This document shows, one piece after another, positions 55,216 to 64,000 of a stretch of DNA of 64,000 bases. The stretch is taken from positions 6,821-70,820 of IMG/VR virus record IMGVR_UViG_2061766007_000925; one strand, written 5' to 3'. A program made the translations under genes and the position numbers. Source of the stretch: a virus (Duplodnaviria > Caudoviricetes). The stretch's first letter is position 1. Every line of letters begins with the position of its first letter. The notes beneath the pieces were generated by a model. That model was not told the origin of the DNA, did no database searches, and saw only the letters and a program-made list of their open reading frames with translations.

Positions 55216-55996
55216 TTACTCAAGCATAAAATCTATAAATCTGATTGCCTTGCTCTCACGGCACTCAACCGACTCACAGAGCTGAGATAAAACTCGCTCT
55301 TTTAATTCAAGAGCGGTCTCTTTCGAGTACTTCTGAAGACCCTTAACCCTTACGCATCTCCTGATGCAAACGTCCTTACTAAGATAGTTAGTGTAACGAT
55401 AGTAGTAAGCAACGCACTCGGTCAGGTTCATATCCTTAAGGATACCTTCAATAATGTCACGGATTGCTAAAGCCTTGTCATACATAGTTGTCATTTTGTT
55501 TCCTCCTGTGTTTTAAGTGTTTTAAGTGGTGTGTTCCTTGTTTCTGCTTATATATTAACGCATAATAGAATGTTTGTCAAGCATTTTTTTGAAAACTTTT
55601 CAAAAACAATTTGAGCGCCCCAAATGGAGCGCTCTGTAAGGGAAACATGGATATGGATTAGAAAAGGTTGTTAGTCTCTAAAAGGTCGTCATCCTCCCCC
55701 TGTTCAGGTTCAGACGTGACATCGAACTCTTTCCCGCTGAAGCCCGCAGGAAGAACGTAATCAGGCATGAAACGCATATCAACCTTATTAACATCTTCAA
55801 GGTTGATAGAAACATCGTGCTTGTCGGGAGTCTTAATCTCGACACGTGCGAACTCGTTCTTACCGAACGCTCTGATACGGGTCGCAACTCCCTCAGCATA
55901 TTCGATGTAAATAAGTTTTGAACCGATGCTCAGCTGGGAAGCATTGCTGATAGTGATGGTCTCGTTGTTGCTCTTAATGATGGAAATGTTTGTCAT
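55216..55996 (-). CDS. hypothetical proteins (55216-55494, 55658-55996)
   Basis: Each follows its own promoter and RBS. Confidence 0.7.
55552..55580 (-). promoter_or_regulatory. sigma-A promoter
   Basis: TTGACA-17-TAATAT. Confidence 0.75.
55613..55634 (-). terminator. hairpin terminator
   Basis: GAGCGCTCC-ATTT-GGGGCGCTC then AAATTGTTTTT. Confidence 0.5.
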
Positions 55997-56074
55997 AATT
56001 CTTGCCCTCCTGTTGGTAAGTTGTGATGGTTAATAGGTTCTTTAGTGCTTTAAGTGTTTCCCTTTCATGACCCT

Positions 56075-56103
56075 ATTATAACGCCATATAAAATATATGT
56101 CAA
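56075..56103 (-). promoter_or_regulatory. sigma-A promoter
   Basis: TTGACA-17-TATAAT. Confidence 0.82.
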
Positions 56104-56195
56104 GCACTTTTTTGAAAACTTTTCAAAAACAATTTTCTTCCATAAAAAGGGAGCGCCGAAACGCCCCCGAAAAGGAAACAAGAATTATGAAAAGG

Positions 56196-57281
56196 TCACT
56201 TTACAAGGCTCAGAACAGCCGTTACCTTACAAGCCTCATCCACGAACTTAATGGAGTTAGGCTCTCCGAAGTACAGGTCAACAGCGTCTCCTGTCTGTGC
56301 CTTTACCTGAGAAGACAGCATATAGAGATAAATGAAACAGGAAGTCTCAACCATGTTGTCCTTCTTAAGGTACTTAATTGTCTCCACACTGTCCGATTGC
56401 TTACTCGACAGCACAAGTCCGTCCTCTGTAAAGCTGATACCCACCTTGTCCTCATCAAAGTCCTTGACGAACAGGGAAAGTCTGTCCAAAGCCTGTAGGA
56501 GTTCCTGTTTCGGAACTTGGCACATACTAGGATAATCAGACTTCAGGTATCTGTTGATGTCGTCCACGTGGAACTCATCAATCCCCGGCATAGCATATCC
56601 TAACAGGCTGAGGTTTTCTCCGTCGAACACAAGGCGATTGCCTTTCTTATAGATGCTGATGGGAGTCTCACTTGTGTAAACACCAAGCATTTCCATCACT
56701 GCTGCGCTGACGAGAACGGGTGTAGTGACTACCTCCTTCTCGTAACAGCTTGCCGTGTTGGTATCGGTGGTCAGTGCTGTCTCACCCATATAGTAATTCA
56801 CATACTGAGGAATTTCAACTGTTAATGCGAGCGACGGCTTGAGCGACCTGAGAATGGTGCTGATATCCTGTGCTGTAATCTCACCTATCTTGTCATCATC
56901 GTAAAACGAGATATTGAACAGGGGGTCAGTGTACTCTACCACCTTACCTGTGCCGGCGTCAATCTCCATGGGGATTTTGTACGTTCCATTGCCCTTAATC
57001 TCAAGGAAGTTATCGGAAGCGTCAAGGGTTGTCACCTCGCTTGTGAGCTTAGAAATCAGCTTTACGAACTGATTTGCCTGAACAACAGCGTAAAAATCCT
57101 CGGCTTCCACGGGCTCATGCACGTACATGAAGTTATCGTAGTCAGTGGTTATCAGGGTAAGTGTTCCGTCCTGAACTTCCACGGCAATCATCTCGGTGAT
57201 GGGCTTGTTCCTGTCGTTACCCACTCCTTTGAATGCCTTTGACACCATCTCCTGAAGTTTGGTTGTTTTGATTTGTAGCAT
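56196..57281 (-). CDS. dnaN: DNA polymerase III beta-like sliding clamp
   Basis: 361 aa; LTLITTDYDNF; KQELLQALDRLSLF; three-domain clamp-like pattern. Confidence 0.75.
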   Translation of the reverse strand: MLQIKTTKLQEMVSKAFKGVGNDRNKPITEMIAVEVQDGTLTLITTDYDNFMYVHEPVEAEDFYAVVQANQFVKLISKLTSEVTTLDASDNFLEIKGNGTYKIPMEIDAGTGKVVEYTDPLFNISFYDDDKIGEITAQDISTILRSLKPSLALTVEIPQYVNYYMGETALTTDTNTASCYEKEVVTTPVLVSAAVMEMLGVYTSETPISIYKKGNRLVFDGENLSLLGYAMPGIDEFHVDDINRYLKSDYPSMCQVPKQELLQALDRLSLFVKDFDEDKVGISFTEDGLVLSSKQSDSVETIKYLKKDNMVETSCFIYLYMLSSQVKAQTGDAVDLYFGEPNSIKFVDEACKVTAVLSLVK

Positions 57282-57294
57282 TTTGTCATCCTCC

Positions 57295-57468
57295 TTAATG
57301 TTTACTCTTATCTCTCCAGTGCTGTGAGAAAAAGCTCGGTCTTCTTACCTTCATGGGTTTACCATCGTAATCCATGTGGTCAAATATGGTCTTGTTTGGC
57401 TGAACTATTCCTGCCTTCTCCATGTCAGCCTTTGCCACCTGTCTCTTCAGCTTTCTTAACGTTGCCAT
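57295..57468 (-). CDS. 57-aa basic protein (not in ORF track)
   Basis: GAAGGAG RBS; MATLRKLKRQVAKADMEKAG...SFFSQHWR. Confidence 0.6.
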   Translation of the reverse strand: MATLRKLKRQVAKADMEKAGIVQPNKTIFDHMDYDGKPMKVRRPSFFSQHWRDKSKH

Positions 57469-57470
57469 AT

Positions 57471-58349
57471 CTACTCCTTCTTATACCTGTCGCTGATTAT
57501 CATAGGAACAGCGTGTTTCCAATCGACATTGTGATGAAGACGGGCGTGATTGTTTCCGATAATCCCTATCTTCACAAACGACGGACAGCACATAACTGAG
57601 TAAAAGCTCTTGCGATATGTACCATCCCCCACGTAAGCCCCTGTAAGCCCGCTATCTCGGTCTTTCTGTTGGGTGTCTGTCTGATTGATACACACATCCA
57701 TGATAGTCGCAAATAAGTCCCCTCTCATCCCGCCTAAACAGTATGTGTTGACATCCTCATTCAGATATCCAACAAACGTAAAGGGACGCTCTGTGGAACA
57801 CAGGAAGGTATTCATTGCCTTTCTCATGTAACGGGCTTTGAAGTGTGAGCCGTCGATGCCCCCTAAAAAATCTCCGTTCTGTGCCATGCACAAGGTCTTC
57901 ATCGGAGGAATGCTGATATAGTAATCGAGCAAGCACCCAAATACCATATCAAGGTTGGTCGGGAACAGCGCTCTCAGGTGTCCGTCTTCCTCATACCTGA
58001 ACTGAAATTCATAGTAGTCATCGTCGAACTCCATGAAATAAGTGTAACCCAACTCACGTGCTTTTGTAAAGCAGGCATTTCGAGCGTACACAACTGTATT
58101 CGTCCTGTTCTCGCTATCCATTCTGTCGAAGGTCTTAGCCACCTCATCCTTATTGAAGGTAAGCACCTTGTCAAACCCGTACATCTTAACGTACTCAGGG
58201 TAGGTCTTGTCCTCATCGTCAAGGAGCACGAACCAATCCCCTGTATACCCGTACTTCTGTAGTGATTTAACTGTCAGTACATTCTCAGGGCTTCCGTGGC
58301 TGATAACGAAAATACAGAAGTCAGCTAAAGTCCTTTGCTCTCTTTGCAA
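57471..58349 (-). CDS. TAGT/GREB1-like GT-A glycosyltransferase
   Basis: FVISHG; VYARNACF; FMEFDDDY; GYLNEDVNTY; YRKSFYSVMC; RLHH. Confidence 0.75.
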   Translation of the reverse strand: MQREQRTLADFCIFVISHGSPENVLTVKSLQKYGYTGDWFVLLDDEDKTYPEYVKMYGFDKVLTFNKDEVAKTFDRMDSENRTNTVVYARNACFTKARELGYTYFMEFDDDYYEFQFRYEEDGHLRALFPTNLDMVFGCLLDYYISIPPMKTLCMAQNGDFLGGIDGSHFKARYMRKAMNTFLCSTERPFTFVGYLNEDVNTYCLGGMRGDLFATIMDVCINQTDTQQKDRDSGLTGAYVGDGTYRKSFYSVMCCPSFVKIGIIGNNHARLHHNVDWKHAVPMIISDRYKKE

Positions 58350-58737
58350 GGTTTCCGTCCCCCCTTATCTCGTTAAGCCGTCTTGACAGTTTCACGTACC
58401 CGTTGGCAATGGCGTCATCAATGTCTATCATCACCAATGCTGAATGCTCCATGAGCTCCTGTACCTTCTTGTCGGAGTGAGCGTAGTAATCGGCAATCGC
58501 TTCATAGTTGAACACGATATGTCGGCTCGCAGCAAGTTTCAGGAAGCTCTTCTCCTCAGGGGGTATGTCTGAAGCATCTATCTCCTGTATCAGAGACACA
58601 TACTTATGAGCGTCGTACAGGAAACGAAGGTCAGGCTTTTCCCCCTTGGGCTCATATTGAGGAATGTTTACGTTTCGGGAATACTTGACGCTACCTTTCA
58701 TAGCGTCATTCACTTTTCTTGCTTCAAATAAAGGCAC
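58321..58737 (-). CDS. conserved partner of TAGT-like glycosyltransferase
   Basis: AASRHIVFNYEAIADYYAH...ELMEHSALVMIDID.AI.NG. Confidence 0.65.
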   Translation of the reverse strand: MPLFEARKVNDAMKGSVKYSRNVNIPQYEPKGEKPDLRFLYDAHKYVSLIQEIDASDIPPEEKSFLKLAASRHIVFNYEAIADYYAHSDKKVQELMEHSALVMIDIDDAIANGYVKLSRRLNEIRGDGNLAKRAKDFS

Positions 58738-61140
58738 TTACTCCACCTCCAATTCAACACCATACCAAGCCTTTGACACCACCACATCACACTTAATCGG
58801 CATTTCGAGTATCTTCTCTGCTGCTCCACTCATGATACTTGCGAGCAATGTAGAACACTCCTTTGCATTCTCCTCAGGACACTCAGCTATAACCTCATCA
58901 TGAACGGGGATTAACAGTTTGAACCCCAATTCCTTCAGGCGCTCGCTTGAATAAAGGTCAATCATCGCCAACTTCGTCAGGTCAGCTGCGCTACCCTGTA
59001 TTCTTGCATTTACGCACTGTCTCTTCGTATCCTTTATTATGTTGATGTTGCTGATTATGTCTATGCCTTCAGCCTCGGCGTCTTGGAAAATCTTATTGCG
59101 TGTCTTGTAACGTGCGTTTTGCAATCTGTTCCAATACCTGTCGCAAATCTCATCAGGAACAGAGTTATCGTAAATTGTATCAAAGTCCAACGGGTCATCA
59201 TACGGATTAGTAAATCCCTTCGCCCATCTGAACTCGTAGTCAGGTAATTGTAATGCCGGAAGTCTTCTCTTCCGACCACACACTGTTGTAACATACCCAA
59301 CGTCAGCCGCCATATTCAAGCTGTCTTGCTCGAACTTCTTGATAGCAGGGAAGCCCTGAAATACGCTGTCCTTAATCGCCTGTGCTTCTTCCTCGGTGCA
59401 ATGGAGCTGTTCAGCAACACTTCCCGTGCTTCGTCCATAAAGAACTCCTAACAGGATGCTCTTTGCCTGAGACCTTCGAGCCTTTCCGTCAGCATAGGTA
59501 TCGTTCGTCCCATCAGCTATCTTATCGTAGTCATCGGGTGTAGCATAGTACCACTTGTCACCCTTCTGTTTGATGTACGAACCTTTCGGAAAATGCTCAA
59601 GGCACTCCTCGTAGGGAAGATTGAACGCCTTTGACGCTATCTCCGAATAAAGGTCTTTACCCTCCATGAAGGTGTCATACATCTGTGGGTCACCCTGTTT
59701 CTTGCATAACGCTGCCAAGCACTTAGGCTCTTGCTGTGAAAAGTCGGATGATAATAAGACATAGCCGTTTCTTGCTACGAACATCTTTCGGATGTCCTTA
59801 TTGTGCGACGGGATGTTCTGCAAGTTGGGATTACTACTCGAAAAGCGTCCCGTGTCAGCGCCGTACTGATTGAACTCACAATGAATGCGATTGTCGATTG
59901 CCTCGACACAATCAGGTAATTTGTCGATGTAGGTTCCCACCAGCTTCTCCAAAGCTCGGTACTCAAGGATTGCCTTGCATATCGGATGGTCAAGCGAACT
60001 CAGAACTTCTTCACCTGTGCCTCGAATGGGTTTCTTAGTTATCTTGTCCACTCCAGCGTCCAACTTAAGAACATCGTAGAGAAGTATGGCAAGCTGTTGA
60101 GGGCTTCCGAAGTTAATGGGGCTGTCCAATTTAACCTTAGGATGGAAGCTCTTATAAGCCTGTAACTCAGCCTCGTAGGGTTCTGTCAAACGCTGTAACG
60201 TTACTAAGCTCTCATCAAGCATTTTATGATACTTCTCGGCAAGCTCCTTATTGTATGCGTGGTCAAAGGCAACTCCTGTGGTCTCCATGTCCACCACGAC
60301 ATCCACTATCGGCATTTCGATATTCTGAAATACCCACGCTACCCCATTCATCCCGTTCCTTGCGTCTGCCGATTGTGTAGGGTCGTAGGTGAGGAACTTT
60401 CGTTGGAAGTCACAATATTCTGTGGTGATAACAGGGTCGTGTGCTGCGTACAGGTATGCCGTGTCAAGAGGAACGTGCGTAAACGGAACTTTCTTGAAAA
60501 GGTCATCATACGCAAATGCGTCACCCTTGCCGTCTAAGCAATACTTGTTATGAAGCTGTTTCAAGCCTCTCTGTCCCTCAGGCTCATTCTCATTCAGCAT
60601 TCTCGCCCCGATAGAAGCATCCCACGTACAATAGGTGCTCTTAACTCCGAACGCTCTCATGAACCTGATATCGAATGGCGCATTGAACATATCAATGTCG
60701 GGTTGGCTCTCTAAAAGCCACTCAAACTCCTTGATTACGATTTCAGGAGGGAGCTGTCCTGAGATTGGAACATCCGTGATGTAATTAACGTGGTTGATGG
60801 GAATATATACACCCTGTTCTCCATAGGTGTTGATACAGATACCTGCGATGATATTCCTGAACGGATTTAAGCCGTTCGTCTCGGTATCTATGGAAATGTA
60901 ATGGTTATCCTTGCAAGCCTTCAGGTATCGGTGTAGCTCTTCCTCGCCCATGATGAGCTTGTAAATGTCTCGGTACTGTCCTAAAGCACTGTCCACCACA
61001 TGAACTATGTTCTGTATTTGACTTACAAGACCCCCACCCCTTACGGAAGTGGGAGTCTTTTTCGCCTTGGACTTTGCCTTTTGAGCTACCAACTTATCCT
61101 GAGCTATGCCAGGTCGTGTGGGTATGTCAAATAAGGGCAT
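58738..61140 (-). CDS. polA: family A DNA polymerase with 3'-5' exonuclease
   Basis: IDTETNG; FNAPFD; YAAHD; TGRFSSSNPNLQNIP; DFSQQE; RSQAKSILLGVLYG; QGSAAD; PVHDE. Confidence 0.95.
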   Translation of the reverse strand: MPLFDIPTRPGIAQDKLVAQKAKSKAKKTPTSVRGGGLVSQIQNIVHVVDSALGQYRDIYKLIMGEEELHRYLKACKDNHYISIDTETNGLNPFRNIIAGICINTYGEQGVYIPINHVNYITDVPISGQLPPEIVIKEFEWLLESQPDIDMFNAPFDIRFMRAFGVKSTYCTWDASIGARMLNENEPEGQRGLKQLHNKYCLDGKGDAFAYDDLFKKVPFTHVPLDTAYLYAAHDPVITTEYCDFQRKFLTYDPTQSADARNGMNGVAWVFQNIEMPIVDVVVDMETTGVAFDHAYNKELAEKYHKMLDESLVTLQRLTEPYEAELQAYKSFHPKVKLDSPINFGSPQQLAILLYDVLKLDAGVDKITKKPIRGTGEEVLSSLDHPICKAILEYRALEKLVGTYIDKLPDCVEAIDNRIHCEFNQYGADTGRFSSSNPNLQNIPSHNKDIRKMFVARNGYVLLSSDFSQQEPKCLAALCKKQGDPQMYDTFMEGKDLYSEIASKAFNLPYEECLEHFPKGSYIKQKGDKWYYATPDDYDKIADGTNDTYADGKARRSQAKSILLGVLYGRSTGSVAEQLHCTEEEAQAIKDSVFQGFPAIKKFEQDSLNMAADVGYVTTVCGRKRRLPALQLPDYEFRWAKGFTNPYDDPLDFDTIYDNSVPDEICDRYWNRLQNARYKTRNKIFQDAEAEGIDIISNINIIKDTKRQCVNARIQGSAADLTKLAMIDLYSSERLKELGFKLLIPVHDEVIAECPEENAKECSTLLASIMSGAAEKILEMPIKCDVVVSKAWYGVELEVE

Positions 61141-61817
61141 TAGAATACCTCTCTTCTTGTCCCGTTGCCTGTGTTAGACGGAGTGCGTCTTGTGTCGTTT
61201 GAGGAAGCTCCCCCACCCCTACGGATTACGGGCTGAGATGCCTGAGGTCTTGCACCTTCTTCTCCGGGGAAGTAGCCGTCGTTCATGAAGCACTCAAGCT
61301 CATCGGCTGTCTTGTCAAGAACGTGTGTGCCGAGAACATCAGGAACTTCATCGAAGTCCTCAAGTGTGGCGTTGTCCTGACCTGTCTCGTAAATCTCGTA
61401 AGAAGTCTGCTGGTCTCCTGCTACGCCGTTTCTCTCAATCTCAAATGTGTGAGAAACGAGGTTAGGATAGCGGGAGCACATACTCGACAGCTTTGCACCG
61501 AACTTCTTGCCTCTCTCCCATGTCTGAATTTTGCCCTGGTCAATGTTGAACAGAGGGACGAAATACTTAACATAGGTCGGTAACTTGCCCTGACAGCAAG
61601 GACAAACATCAACAGGGTCTCCGTACTCTCTCAGACAGTTGACGTATCTCTTCTTGCCGTCGAGCTCAATCTCGTGAACAGCAAAACCTTCAACATCTTC
61701 AATCCCGTTGAACAGGAAGCGCACTCTTGCGACATCCTTATCATTCTTGAGGCTGAGATATCCAGCTCCACCCTGTCCGCCGTACTTAGCGGCGTCGTTT
61801 ACTCCAAATCTTGCCAT
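61140..61817 (-). CDS. single-stranded DNA-binding protein (gp32-like, Zn-binding)
   Basis: GGAGG RBS before MARFGV; VRFL; NCLR..DVCPCC; acidic C-terminal half. Confidence 0.7.
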   Translation of the reverse strand: MARFGVNDAAKYGGQGGAGYLSLKNDKDVARVRFLFNGIEDVEGFAVHEIELDGKKRYVNCLREYGDPVDVCPCCQGKLPTYVKYFVPLFNIDQGKIQTWERGKKFGAKLSSMCSRYPNLVSHTFEIERNGVAGDQQTSYEIYETGQDNATLEDFDEVPDVLGTHVLDKTADELECFMNDGYFPGEEGARPQASQPVIRRGGGASSNDTRRTPSNTGNGTRREVF

Positions 61818-61867
61818 AGTTTTTATCCTCCTAAAGGTTTTATAGTTTTCTCGGTGTGTAGCACCGA

Positions 61868-61940
61868 CAGCGCTTGGTGGATTTGAACCACCGAATAACA
61901 GAGTCAAAGTCTGTTGCCTTATCCACTTGGCGAAAGCGCT
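61868..61940 (-). tRNA. trnQ: tRNA-Gln(UUG), no encoded CCA
   Basis: AGCGCTT/AAGCGCT acceptor; GCCAAGTGGATAAGGC D-arm; ACAGA-CTTTGAC-TCTGT; GGTGG-TTCAAAT-CCACC. Confidence 0.95.
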
Positions 61941-61942
61941 AT

Positions 61943-62902
61943 TTATTTTAACACGCCATTGTCCTTGGCTGTCATATACAGGTTGCACCACTCAACAGCA
62001 GTTGCCGTGAACTTCGCATTGTCTGTCCACCACTCCTTCTTAGTCATGATGCACTTTCCTCGCTTGTCTATAAGGGCGATATTCTCAATGTTCTGTTCGT
62101 AAGGGTCATCTGTCAGAGAACAGGCGATATATCCCTTGGGAATAGCTCCGTAATGCTCTTCCCATATCTTGTCCTGTAAGGGTTTCCAAAAAGGCGCTTT
62201 TAGGTTATGTCCTAAGGTGTCTCTCGACCGACCCTGACACATCTGAACCTTTATGAAACACAGATTTCTCTGCCCGTTGTACCTGATTGTGCCTAAAGGT
62301 GACTCCTCGACCACTTTGCCCTTTTTAAACTGACCGACGTTGTGCCTATGCCTGTCATACGCTCTCAGTTTCAGTGTTCTGACACAGTAGGACGTGAGCG
62401 TTGCGTGTGACCTGTTTGTGTGAAAGTGTACGTTAAAATCTCGCACCAAATCGGCAAACACTTCATAGCTGTCATAGTTATCCAATAACCACTGAATCTG
62501 TTCATCTGTGTACGACGGCATAGATGCTTTGGTGACCAATGTGATGTTGTTCCTTGCTAAATAGGTGTTCATAGCGTCGAACGTTTTGGACTCATTAAAA
62601 ACAGCATTAAAGGTGGCAATGAAATGCTTTTTATCCCTGAAAATCCCTGACGCACAGTTATCGGCTATCCACTGTTTTTGTTTACCTGTCAGTGTTTGGT
62701 TGCTGTCTGTAGTCTCGCAATCGATATGTGAAATGCCGTGTCGGTACATATATCTAGTAAGGGCATCGGGCGAAATGGAAAGCGAAAACCTCTCGTTGAA
62801 GGTGTCAGCAAAAGACTTCACGCTCTTCCACTTCTTTGCCCGACAGTTACACTCCAACCACAATATCTCTTGTGAGGTGTAAGTGTGCCTGTCCATAATC
62901 AC
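61943..62902 (-). CDS. three helical repeats plus degenerate HNH_3-like domain
   Basis: YTSQEILWLE / LTGKQKQWIA / YTDEQIQWLL repeats; WKPLQDKIWEEHYGAIPKG...NIENIALI. Confidence 0.65.
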   Translation of the reverse strand: MIMDRHTYTSQEILWLECNCRAKKWKSVKSFADTFNERFSLSISPDALTRYMYRHGISHIDCETTDSNQTLTGKQKQWIADNCASGIFRDKKHFIATFNAVFNESKTFDAMNTYLARNNITLVTKASMPSYTDEQIQWLLDNYDSYEVFADLVRDFNVHFHTNRSHATLTSYCVRTLKLRAYDRHRHNVGQFKKGKVVEESPLGTIRYNGQRNLCFIKVQMCQGRSRDTLGHNLKAPFWKPLQDKIWEEHYGAIPKGYIACSLTDDPYEQNIENIALIDKRGKCIMTKKEWWTDNAKFTATAVEWCNLYMTAKDNGVLK

Positions 62903-63132
62903 TCACCTATCATGCCTGAAAGTACAGAGTGCTCAAGCGTCTTTGCCTGTGCGAGTGCCTTTTCGTACTCAAGAATGAGCTTGCCGTTGTTTATCATCTG
63001 TTTAGCGACTCCGATGACAATCTTGGTCTGTTCGTTCTCAATCTCACGCTGTTCCTGTGTGAGGTTATTGCTGAGGGTCACGTTGATTCTGTCACCCATT
63101 ACGTCATGAAGCTGTACTAATGTCATACCCAT
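62899..63132 (-). CDS. hypothetical protein coupled to the HNH-like gene
   Basis: AKQMINNGKLIL. Confidence 0.7.
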   Translation of the reverse strand: MGMTLVQLHDVMGDRINVTLSNNLTQEQREIENEQTKIVIGVAKQMINNGKLILEYEKALAQAKTLEHSVLSGMIGE

Positions 63133-63195
63133 ATTAAATTTCTCCTTCCGTTATCTAAGTTTGCAAAGTTTTTTGTTTTTGTAGGATGTGTGTCA

Positions 63196-63492
63196 TCAAA
63201 TTCTTGCCTCGACCAAATCCCTCACGCTCTGTACGACCTTTAACTGAACGTTATCGGCGTCTGTAAGCGTCTCCTTGGGAACGTAGTCGTATTTATCCCG
63301 ATACAGGGGGATAGTCTTCTCAGCGTCTTCCCAAAGAAGTTCTCCTGTATCGTAGTCCTTAGCCTGTGTGTCGTACTTGCCGACCATCTCAAATGAGCAA
63401 CGGATATCACGCTCAATCTCGTCGAGTGCTGCCAAAATCTTCTCAGTGATGTCAAGCTGTTTACGTCTTTTCTGAAGTAGTGAAAGTGCCAT
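63196..63492 (-). CDS. hypothetical protein (start MALSLL)
   Basis: AAGGAG RBS. Confidence 0.7.
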   Translation of the reverse strand: MALSLLQKRRKQLDITEKILAALDEIERDIRCSFEMVGKYDTQAKDYDTGELLWEDAEKTIPLYRDKYDYVPKETLTDADNVQLKVVQSVRDLVEARI

Positions 63493-63530
63493 AGTCGTTC
63501 TCTCCTTGTTATGTGGTGTAAGTTTTTCAC

Positions 63531-63562
63531 AAATTGGGGGAGGCAATTCCTGTCTCCCCCAC
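63531..63562 (-). terminator. hairpin terminator-like element
   Basis: GGGGGAGAC-AGGAATT-GCCTCCCCC then AATTT. Confidence 0.5.
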
Positions 63563-63591
63563 CTGTGGGAAGTCTATATTCAGAGCTCACC

Positions 63592-63879
63592 TCAGTCGGT
63601 AGTGACTGAGGTAATCTTGAACATCGTGTTGACCTGAGCCTTGCTGTACTTCTCGTACAAGCCGTCAGCCTTGAGTGCCTTGGTGTCAACAACCTTCTTC
63701 TCATAGCACTCGTAGAATACTCTGTGAATGCCTGTGTCAAGGCTGTCAACCTTACGCTCATCAAGTTCAGCCTTGAGGTCTGCCTTAGCGCTGTCGATGA
63801 GTGCCTTGAGCTCCTTAACCTGAGCCTCAAGAAGTTCGATTTCGGTAACCTTTGCATTAATCTGATTGTTGTTCATCAT
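63592..63879 (-). CDS. early coiled-coil hypothetical protein
   Basis: GGAGG RBS; DTKALKADGLYEKYSK. Confidence 0.75.
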   Translation of the reverse strand: MMNNNQINAKVTEIELLEAQVKELKALIDSAKADLKAELDERKVDSLDTGIHRVFYECYEKKVVDTKALKADGLYEKYSKAQVNTMFKITSVTTD

Positions 63880-63939
63880 TGTTTTTTCCTCCTGTTTTTT
63901 AAGTGTTGTGAGTTTGTTGTGTTCCTTTGTTGTGATTAT

Positions 63940-63968
63940 ATCTTAACACACTTGTTAATGGTTGTCAA
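63940..63968 (-). promoter_or_regulatory. sigma-A promoter with TTAACA-N4-TGTTAA palindrome
   Basis: TTGACA-17-TAAGAT; ttaacacacttgttaa. Confidence 0.75.
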
Positions 63969-64000
63969 CTACTTTTTTGAAAATTTTTCAATTTTTTTTT

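Noticed and set aside
61818-61991. N-terminal extension of SSB called by the ORF track
   Set aside because: It runs through the tRNA-Gln gene; the real start is at 61817 after GGAGG.
1-64000. Temperate lifestyle or stop-codon reassignment
   Set aside because: No integrase or clear immunity switch is seen, although XRE genes exist. Core genes are intact under code 11 and end in all three stop codons.

Overview
A 64-kb segment of a tailed dsDNA phage, most likely a siphovirus of a Clostridia/Firmicutes host. Support: AGGAGG RBSs, TTGACA-17-TATAAT promoters, A118-like head/tail genes, an XkdX gene and an r1t-type holin. Almost every gene is on the minus strand. In transcription order (right to left): early genes, a degenerate HNH gene and tRNA-Gln; SSB, family-A DNA polymerase, a TAGT/GREB1-like glycosyltransferase pair and a beta-clamp; a truncated radical-SAM gene, Cas4-like nuclease, PARG-like macrodomain, RecU, UvsY-like gene and RecA; a full bacterial-type clamp loader (DnaX, delta-prime, delta) interrupted by a PLP-enzyme/QueC-like/MTase cassette; two ADP-ribosyltransferases; TerS, a displaced fibre/XkdX module and TerL; three glycosyltransferases flanking a ~390-nt GGA-rich non-coding RNA candidate; a JAB-domain protein, portal, head, tail and lysis genes; a conserved orphan cluster; many small early ORFs; a DUF5664-like nucleotide hydrolase, an XRE regulator and an SNF2 helicase cut by the left edge. 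No integrase, primase, replicative helicase, reverse transcriptase or CRISPR array was recognised, so the genome extends beyond the window. The main leads are: (1) three putative effectors (two ARTs, one JAB) share an N-terminal MGSxG tag in a phage that lacks MuF and encodes a QueC-like ligase; (2) a possible new replication-coupled DNA-modification cassette, with an N-terminal MPLF tag shared by PolA and two modification proteins; (3) a CsrB-like GGA-hairpin RNA. All family assignments come from motif recognition by eye, not database searches.
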